A stretch of DNA of 64,000 bases from Syntrophales bacterium (lineage in GTDB: Bacteria; Desulfobacterota; Syntrophia; Syntrophales; UBA2251), in the NCBI GenBank assembly GCA_035358035.1, contig DAOPOS010000008.1, positions 7,724 through 71,723 of the forward strand, written 5' to 3'. This document shows, in pieces, positions 58,046 through 64,000 of the stretch (position 1 is its first letter; each line of letters begins with the position of its first letter). The notes beneath the pieces were generated by a model, which had not been told where the DNA came from, ran no database searches, and saw nothing but the letters and a program-made list of their open reading frames with translations. A program made the position numbers and the translations under genes.

Positions 58046-58561
58046 TCAGTCCCGCTTCAATTCCGGAACGGGATTTTTCTTCGAGGTCAGGATCTCTCGG
58101 AAGCCGTGGGCGCCAGGATCCGGGCAGCGGATCTCCGGATTCGGTCCCGGGGTGATCACGTAGGGCTTGCCGCTCGCCGGACAGACGATGGGTTGACCGA
58201 CACCCGTTCCGCCCTGCTGGAAATCGTGGGCAAGCCTCCAGAGGTTCTTCAGGCACTGATCGGTGGCGGCGTCGGTTGCATAGCTTCCCGTTCGCACCGG
58301 CTTCAGCGTCTTGAAGGCCGTCAGCGTGCGCGGGGTTTGATAGACGACCGTGGCTGCGCAGGCGAGGACGATCAGGCCCATGACGATCTTTCCGCCCGAC
58401 GTATCGCGCCACGGCTTGAATTTGGGCGTCTCGACCGCCGTGTCACGGATATGCGATTCCGCCTGATCGATCAGGCATTGGCGGCAGTAGGCCTTCCCCT
58501 CGCCGGCCATGGGATTGCCGCATCGCTGGCAGAATGTCTCCGGCTTATTCGGGTCGGTCAT
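58046..58561 (-). CDS. Hypothetical membrane protein: zinc ribbon + TM helix + pilin-like Cys/His domain
   Basis: CQRC...CRQC, TM IVMGLIVLACAATVVY, C-terminal CLKN...CPASGKPY...CPDPGAH. Confidence 0.75.
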   Translation of the reverse strand: MTDPNKPETFCQRCGNPMAGEGKAYCRQCLIDQAESHIRDTAVETPKFKPWRDTSGGKIVMGLIVLACAATVVYQTPRTLTAFKTLKPVRTGSYATDAATDQCLKNLWRLAHDFQQGGTGVGQPIVCPASGKPYVITPGPNPEIRCPDPGAHGFREILTSKKNPVPELKRD

Positions 58562-58574
58562 TCCCCTGTCCTTT

Positions 58575-59450
58575 TCACTTCTGCACGACGCTCAGGTTGT
58601 CGAAATTCACCGCCGCCTGGCCCCAGGTCCGGAACCCTCCGGAACCGGATGAAAAGCTGCCGTCCTTGAAATCCAGAACGGTTTCTCCATCGACCTTGAT
58701 GGTCGTGCGATCACCCGCCACGGCGATGCCGATGTCGTGAGACTGGTTGTAGATGCTGAATCCCGCCGGCATGGAAACGGATTGGAAGGGGGACTGCTCG
58801 GCGCCGCTGACGACCTTGCGGACCACGAACCGGTTACCCAGGCCGGGATCGTACTGAAACACATAGCCGGTGATGTTCGGGTTCGCGTCCGCGCGATAAT
58901 AGATGCCGTAGCCCTGCCCCTGGGTCAGGACGGCGCTGACCTTGATCTCGTAATCCGTCCAGGCCTGATCGCCGAAGGCGATGCGGTTCTCCTGGCCGGG
59001 TTTGTTGTTCAGGGTGCCGTGACCGACGTTCCAGTTCCCCATGAGCTTCTTGAAGCCGCTCTGATCGTTGAAGAGACTGGCGAAGAGGATTTTTGCCGTT
59101 TCCGCGACCGGGACCGTGCCGTAATGGAGGGAGCAACCGAGGATCGGAGCCGGTGTCCGCTGTATCCAGACGTAGGTTCCGCCGCTGGGGCAGACGGGTT
59201 CCTCGTGTATGAGGCCGGAGCCGACGAGATCGGCGAAGCCGGCGCTCGGTGTATTCTTCTCGATCAGGTAGGTCACTTCCGCCTTTTCCGTGTAGTAGCG
59301 GTTGCCCAGGCAGGCGGCGGCGCGCGCCCGCTCCACATACGCCACCATCAACGGGACGGCGATCGACGTCAGGACCAGGATGAGCCCGATGACCACGAGC
59401 AGTTCGATGAGTGTGAAGCCGCGGGAATCCCTCTCGATCCTTTTTTGCAC
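58575..59450 (-). CDS. Type IV pilin-like protein (class III signal peptide) fused to a DUF1080/concanavalin-like beta-sandwich
   Basis: SRG|FTLIELLVVIG with Glu at +5; CLGN...CPSGGTY...CSLH; C-terminal WTDYEIKV, GYGIYYR, GYVFQY, IKVDGETVLDFKD, GGFRTWG...FDNLSV. GTG 59450 follows GAGAGG. Confidence 0.85.
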   Translation of the reverse strand: MQKRIERDSRGFTLIELLVVIGLILVLTSIAVPLMVAYVERARAAACLGNRYYTEKAEVTYLIEKNTPSAGFADLVGSGLIHEEPVCPSGGTYVWIQRTPAPILGCSLHYGTVPVAETAKILFASLFNDQSGFKKLMGNWNVGHGTLNNKPGQENRIAFGDQAWTDYEIKVSAVLTQGQGYGIYYRADANPNITGYVFQYDPGLGNRFVVRKVVSGAEQSPFQSVSMPAGFSIYNQSHDIGIAVAGDRTTIKVDGETVLDFKDGSFSSGSGGFRTWGQAAVNFDNLSVVQK

Positions 59451-59544
59451 GCGTCCTCTCCACGGACAGGCTGCCGCGGGGGGAACCCCCCGATAGACTG
59501 ACGGATTTCGATGGTGCCGCTCAAATCCAGCCCGAGATGGGCGA

Positions 59545-59573
59545 AGTATACGGCGCTCCCGGGGGGGTGTCAA
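59545..59573 (-). promoter_or_regulatory. sigma70 promoter of the pilin-like pair
   Basis: Minus strand TTGACA (59573-59568), 17 nt, TATACT (59550-59545). Confidence 0.82.
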
Positions 59574-59608
59574 TGGAATTCTGGCCGGGAGACGGCTTGA
59601 CTTCCGCC

Positions 59609-59637
59609 TTGACAGGCCCGGGCGCCTTTGTTAGCGT
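59609..59637 (+). promoter_or_regulatory. sigma70 promoter of the TPR-peptidase operon
   Basis: TTGACA (59609-59614), 17 nt, extended -10 TGnTAGCGT (59629-59637); back-to-back with the minus-strand promoter. Confidence 0.7.
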
Positions 59638-59743
59638 CGACCGTGATCCGTGCGGACGCCATGCGAGGGCCGGGTCGACGCAACGCATCAGGCGGCTGGG
59701 CCGGGGAAAAGCGGGGGTTCAGCCAGCCCGGAAGGTTCGATGG

Positions 59744-60451
59744 ATGGATGATGCAGAACAGCTCCAGGCCGGAGAGCCGGAGCGCACCAAACGGGACCTT
59801 TTCCTCGATCAGGCGCGCGTCCGTCTGGAACAGAACCAGGCGCGGCTCGCCATGGAGATGGCCGAGGCGCGCCTGCGGCGCCTTCCGGATGACATCGATG
59901 CCCGGACCATCCTCTGCCATGCCCTGATCCGGATGGGCCGTCCGGACGAGGCGCGGGAAATGCTGCGGCGGGTCGAGGGGACGCTGCTGGACTTTGTGAG
60001 CCTTTATGCGGTTTTGGGGGATTGCCGCCTCAAGGAAGGGTTTCCGAAGGATGCGGCGGCGTACTACCGGAAGTTTCTCGCTCTCAATCCGCCGGATGCG
60101 GCGGCGGTCCGGCAGGTGTCCGGGAAGCTGGACGCGCTGACGGGGGAAGGCGATGCCGGACGGCAGGAAGACGAGCGCCCCCTGCAGGTCGGGGACATCG
60201 CCCCCGATTTCTACACCGTCACCCTGGCCGATCTGTATCTGCGCCAGGGTCATCCGGAGATGGCCGTCGACGTCCTTGCCCGGATCCTGGAGCAGAACCC
60301 GGAAGACGCCAAGGCCCGGTCGCGCCTCCGGGAGATTCAGGCCGTCCCGGAGCCCCGCCCGGTCCGGCGGCCGGGACGGCACGCGCGCACGATCGGGACG
60401 CTTTCCCGGTGGCTGGTGAAGCTCGATGCATCGAGGGCGCATGCCTCCTGA
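59744..60451 (+). CDS. Tetratricopeptide-repeat protein
   Basis: Helical TPR patterns (ALIRMGRPDEA, AAAYYRKFLALNP, TLADLYLRQGHPEMAVDVLARILEQNP). Confidence 0.82.
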   Translation: MDDAEQLQAGEPERTKRDLFLDQARVRLEQNQARLAMEMAEARLRRLPDDIDARTILCHALIRMGRPDEAREMLRRVEGTLLDFVSLYAVLGDCRLKEGFPKDAAAYYRKFLALNPPDAAAVRQVSGKLDALTGEGDAGRQEDERPLQVGDIAPDFYTVTLADLYLRQGHPEMAVDVLARILEQNPEDAKARSRLREIQAVPEPRPVRRPGRHARTIGTLSRWLVKLDASRAHAS

Positions 60452-61532
60452 AGCGACGCCTTACGCCCGAAGGCGGTCGCGCCTGGTCGATCGCCTGTCC
60501 GACTGGGGCCTTGACGCCCTGCTTCTCACCGGAGAAGCCAACCTCCGCTACCTGACCGGCTTTGCCGGAACGGACGCGGCCCTTCTCCTAACGGAAGGCC
60601 GCGCGTCGCTGCTCGTGGATGGCCGCTTCCTGACGGAGGCCCGCGAGACGGTTCCGGAGCTGGAGATCGTCGAGATCCGGGACCTGATCGAGGGAATCGC
60701 GGCGGCGCTGGCCGACGGCGCCCCCGCCCGCGTCGGGTTCGAATCCGGCGTACTGACCGTCCACGTCCACCAGCGCCTGCTCGCCGCACTCGGAGCGGGG
60801 GTGTCGCTGCGGCCGCTCTTTAACGAACTGTCGTTGCTGAGGGCCGTCAAGGACGAAGAAGAAGTCCACTGCATGCAAAAGGCGGCGGAGATCGCCTCCT
60901 CGGCCCTGCAGGCGATCCTGCCGGATCTCCGGCCCGGAATCGCGGAGCGGGACATCGCCCTGGAGCTTGATTTCCGCATGCGGCGTCAGGGGGCGGAGGG
61001 AAGCTCCTTCCCGACGATCGTGGCGTCCGGGCCGCAGTCCGCCCTTCCCCACGCCACCCCCGGCGCCCGGAAGATCCAGCCCGGCGACGGGGTCGTAATC
61101 GACTACGGGGCCGTCTTTCAAGGCTACCGGTCCGACGAGACCTGCACGGTGTTCGTCGGCGATCCGGATTGCGAGGCACTCGCCGCCTACGCACAGGTCC
61201 TCGAGGCCCAGAAACTCGCCATTGCCGCCCTGCGGGCGGGTGTCGTCTGCCGCGACGTGGACCGCATCGCCCGGGATGCCCTCCGCCGGGGCGGGTGGGA
61301 GCGCTTCTTCTCCCACGGCACCGGCCACGGCGTCGGTCTCGACGTCCATGAAGCCCCGCGGCTCAACGCCCGCTCGGAGAGCATCCTCGAAGCGGGCATG
61401 GTCGTCACGGTGGAGCCCGGGGTTTACCTCCCGGGCCGCTGGGGGATCCGCATCGAAGACATGGTGCTCATCCGCGCGGACGGCTTCGAGATCCTGAGCC
61501 GGGCGCCCAAGACGCTGACCCTCCTGAAGTGA
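60441..61532 (+). CDS. Xaa-Pro aminopeptidase/dipeptidase (M24B)
   Basis: NLRYLTGF, SALPHA, IDYG...YRSDETCT, HGTGHGVGLDVHE, EPGVY, GIRIED. Confidence 0.93.
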   Translation: MPPEATPYARRRSRLVDRLSDWGLDALLLTGEANLRYLTGFAGTDAALLLTEGRASLLVDGRFLTEARETVPELEIVEIRDLIEGIAAALADGAPARVGFESGVLTVHVHQRLLAALGAGVSLRPLFNELSLLRAVKDEEEVHCMQKAAEIASSALQAILPDLRPGIAERDIALELDFRMRRQGAEGSSFPTIVASGPQSALPHATPGARKIQPGDGVVIDYGAVFQGYRSDETCTVFVGDPDCEALAAYAQVLEAQKLAIAALRAGVVCRDVDRIARDALRRGGWERFFSHGTGHGVGLDVHEAPRLNARSESILEAGMVVTVEPGVYLPGRWGIRIEDMVLIRADGFEILSRAPKTLTLLK

Positions 61533-61646
61533 CGAGAAAAAAATAAGGTTCTCTATTGACATTCGTCCGGAATTCTTTTACTGGCAGGAAAACCTGTCGT
61601 TCGCCACAGGCGCTTCAAGTAAACTATCCGCAGAGGGTGGGGGGCA

Positions 61647-62042
61647 ATGAAGGTATTTCCTGAAGACTACTTGTACAGCCGGGAGCACTTGTGGGTCAGG
61701 GTGGACGGCGACCTGGCGACCATCGGGATCACCGATTATGCCCAGGAAAAACTGGGCGAAGTCCTCTCGATCGAACTGCCGGAGATCGACACCGAGATCG
61801 AGCGGGACGAATCCTTCGGATCGCTCGAGTCCGCCAAGGCGGTGATCGAACTCATCGCTCCCGTGGGTGGGCAGGTGGTCAATGTCAACGACGATCTTCT
61901 GGACGACGTGGGCATCATCAACAGCGACCCCCACGATACCGGGTGGCTCATCGTCATCGAAATGAGCGACCTTGATGAAATCGATGACCTTCTCGACACC
62001 CGCGGTTACAACGATTTCATCCTGGAAAGCGAGGAGGACTGA
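61647..62042 (+). CDS. gcvH: Glycine cleavage H-family lipoyl carrier protein (copy 2)
   Basis: YSREHLWV, GITDYAQEKLG, lipoyl-Lys in LESAKAV, NSDPHDTGW. Confidence 0.92.
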   Translation: MKVFPEDYLYSREHLWVRVDGDLATIGITDYAQEKLGEVLSIELPEIDTEIERDESFGSLESAKAVIELIAPVGGQVVNVNDDLLDDVGIINSDPHDTGWLIVIEMSDLDEIDDLLDTRGYNDFILESEED

Positions 62043-62048
62043 TCCGGT

Positions 62049-62894
62049 GTGTCCGTCTGGAGACTGATCCCCTTTCGTGCCTCAGATGCCTTCGAGAACA
62101 TGGCCGCCGACGAGGCCATTTTCCGCCTGATGCCCCTGGGGCATACGCCGCCGACCCTCCGCTTCTACGGATGGCGTCCGGCCGCCGTTTCGCTCGGTTA
62201 TTTTCAAAACACGAGGCAAGCCTGCAACCTCGCGGTCTGCCGGCGTGAGGGGATCGACGTCGTGCGTCGTCCGACGGGGGGCCGGGCCGTGCTCCATGAC
62301 GGCGATCTGACGTACGCCCTGTGCGCCCGGGTGGGCGAGCCGCCCTTTCCTCGCGGGATCGCCGGCGCCTACCGCGTGATCGGCCGGTGTCTTCAGGAGG
62401 GCCTGCGCCGTTTGGGAATCGACGCGGCGCCCGCGGTTGCGACCCCGGAGCCATCGGGGGTGCGCGACGGCACCGTCGCCTGCTTTGCCAGGCCGGCCAG
62501 GGATGAACTGCTCGTCCAGGGCCGGAAGATCTGCGGGTCGGCCCAGGCCAGGTCGCGCGGCGCCTTCCTCCAGCACGGATCGCTCCTGGTCCGGTTCGAT
62601 GCGGCACGCGCGGCCCGGTGTCTTGTCGCCGAAGCACAAGAGCGGGAGCGGACCCGCCGGATGCTGGCGCGGGCCGTGACCGCGGTCGACGCCTGCCTGG
62701 CGCCGCCGCCGGAGACGGGCGAGATCGTCCGCGCCCTGGCGGAGGGGTTTGCCGCGGTCCTGCACGCGGATCTGCGACCGGGCGCCCTGACCGACGCGGA
62801 GGAGGCCCTGAAGGCGCGACTGAAGCGGGAAAAATATCGGCCCGAGGCCTCGAGCGGCGAAGGAGATCCGGATGAAACGGCTGCACCTCATTAG
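62049..62894 (+). CDS. Lipoate-protein ligase/octanoyltransferase (LipM-like, no C-terminal LplA domain)
   Basis: NMAADEA, TLRFYGW...SLGYFQ, VVRRPTGGRAVLH, KICGSAQ, LQHGSL; 281 aa. Confidence 0.88.
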   Translation: MSVWRLIPFRASDAFENMAADEAIFRLMPLGHTPPTLRFYGWRPAAVSLGYFQNTRQACNLAVCRREGIDVVRRPTGGRAVLHDGDLTYALCARVGEPPFPRGIAGAYRVIGRCLQEGLRRLGIDAAPAVATPEPSGVRDGTVACFARPARDELLVQGRKICGSAQARSRGAFLQHGSLLVRFDAARAARCLVAEAQERERTRRMLARAVTAVDACLAPPPETGEIVRALAEGFAAVLHADLRPGALTDAEEALKARLKREKYRPEASSGEGDPDETAAPH

Positions 62895-63939
62895 GGAAGA
62901 GATCCGGCGGCAGCGGGCCTATCCCGCGGACGCCATCCCCTGCCAAATCAAACTGGATGCGAACGAGAATCCCTTCCCCCTGCCGGAGGACCTGACCGGT
63001 CTGTTCTTTTCGGCCGTGACGCGGGAGGTGGCCCTGAACCGCTACCCGGAGGCGGGTTCCCCCGTCCTGAGGCGCCGCTTTGCCGCCCGCTTCGGAGTCG
63101 CGCCCGACCAGGTCCTGCTCGGCAACGGGTCCGACGAATTGATCCTGGCCCTGCTCATCGCCTGCGGCGGCCCCGGCAAAAGCGTGCTGATTCCGGCCCC
63201 GACCTTCGTGATGTACCGGATCTGCGGCTTGAACCTGGGGTGCCGCATCTGCGAGGTGCCTCTCGCGGCGGGCGGAGACCTGGACCTGCCCGCGATGCTC
63301 GCGGCGCTCGAACGGGAACGGCCGGTTCTGACCTTCCTGAGCTATCCCAACAATCCGACGGGCGGGTGTTTCGACGACGACAAGATCGCCGCCATCATCG
63401 AACAGGCGCCGGGACTGGTCGTCGTCGACGAGGCCTACGGCCCGTTTTCCGGCCGTTCCTTTCTCCCCCGCCTGAGGGCCTGCGACAATCTCCTGATCCT
63501 GAGGACGCTCTCCAAGGTCGGACTGGCGGCGATGCGCATCGGCTTCCTCGTCGGTCCTTCCGAAATCGTGGCCGAGATCGACAAGGTTCGTCTGCCCTAC
63601 AACCTGAACAGCGTCTCGCAGATGGCGGCCGGATTCTATCTCGATCACGAGGCGCGGTTCATCGCCCAGACGGAGGAGATCGTCCGGGAACGGGACGGGC
63701 TGTGGGATGCTTTACAAAAAACCGCGGGGGTGCATCCCTGGCCGACGGATGCAAATTTTATTTTTTTTACTTGCGATCGCGATATAAATCAGGTATATGC
63801 TGCACTTGTCAAAAGGGGTGTCCTCGTCAAGAAATTCGACGCCTCGGGAAACGGGCCGCCGGCGATGCGGGTCACGGTCGGCCGCCGCGAGGAAAACGAG
63901 GCGTTTCTCAAAGCACTCCGGGCAGGGTTACAACGTTAG
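62872..63939 (+). CDS. hisC: Histidinol-phosphate aminotransferase
   Basis: KLDANENP, NRYP, LGNGSDE, PNNPTG, VDEAY, RTLSKVGLAAMRIG, ANFIF, MRVTVG. Confidence 0.93.
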   Translation: MKRLHLIREEIRRQRAYPADAIPCQIKLDANENPFPLPEDLTGLFFSAVTREVALNRYPEAGSPVLRRRFAARFGVAPDQVLLGNGSDELILALLIACGGPGKSVLIPAPTFVMYRICGLNLGCRICEVPLAAGGDLDLPAMLAALERERPVLTFLSYPNNPTGGCFDDDKIAAIIEQAPGLVVVDEAYGPFSGRSFLPRLRACDNLLILRTLSKVGLAAMRIGFLVGPSEIVAEIDKVRLPYNLNSVSQMAAGFYLDHEARFIAQTEEIVRERDGLWDALQKTAGVHPWPTDANFIFFTCDRDINQVYAALVKRGVLVKKFDASGNGPPAMRVTVGRREENEAFLKALRAGLQR

Positions 63940-64000
63940 GGGCGTGATTTAATCTCCAGGCAAAACAAAGGGTAGTTGGCGACACGGCGGAAAGAGAAGG

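Noticed and set aside
59451-59540. Possible c-di-GMP/cGAMP (GEMM) riboswitch in the pilin leader
   Set aside because: Two small hairpins exist, but the GNRA tetraloop/receptor and the GCAAA junction are not identifiable.
59635-59680. CGTCGACC/GGTCGACG inverted repeat as a leader RNA structure
   Set aside because: The left arm overlaps the predicted -10 box and would mostly not be transcribed; 8 bp in GC-rich DNA is unremarkable.

Overview
GC-rich bacterial chromosome segment. Gene content and order suggest an anaerobic deltaproteobacterium of the Syntrophales type (inference). No rRNA, CRISPR array, transposase or integrase was found. Left to right: (1) lpdA (cut by the window edge), a cyclophilin and an exported M16 peptidase pair. 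(2) A self-contained polyhydroxyalkanoate (PHA) locus at 5.4-14.5 kb: patatin-like esterase, family I CoA-transferase with an extra C-terminal domain, phaR, two paralogous phasin-like proteins, a coiled-coil protein, MaoC/PhaJ hydratase, a stand-alone tandem-GAF protein, and class III phaC (with a basic tail) and phaE; no phaA/phaB. (3) lipA, a long KamA-family radical SAM enzyme lacking the lysine-binding aspartates, and gcvPB-gcvPA-gcvH-gcvT. (4) A polar amino-acid ABC transporter, def, a MenK/MqnK-like radical SAM methyltransferase, selA, rluD, pgeF, rho, rpmE, prfA, prmC, murA, hisD. (5) tRNA-Gly(CCC) and the rimP-nusA-infB-rbfA-truB-rpsO-pnp-dut block, plus a DUF39 homocysteine-biosynthesis gene. 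(6) ftsB, pilMNOPQ (PilQ seems to lack its N3-type domain) and a convergent pair of pilin-like genes sharing a Cys/His motif. (7) TPR protein, Xaa-Pro peptidase, a second gcvH, a LipM-like ligase and hisC. Several near-consensus sigma70 promoters are readable by eye. The best candidates for undescribed biology are the PHA locus and the atypical KamA-family aminomutase.
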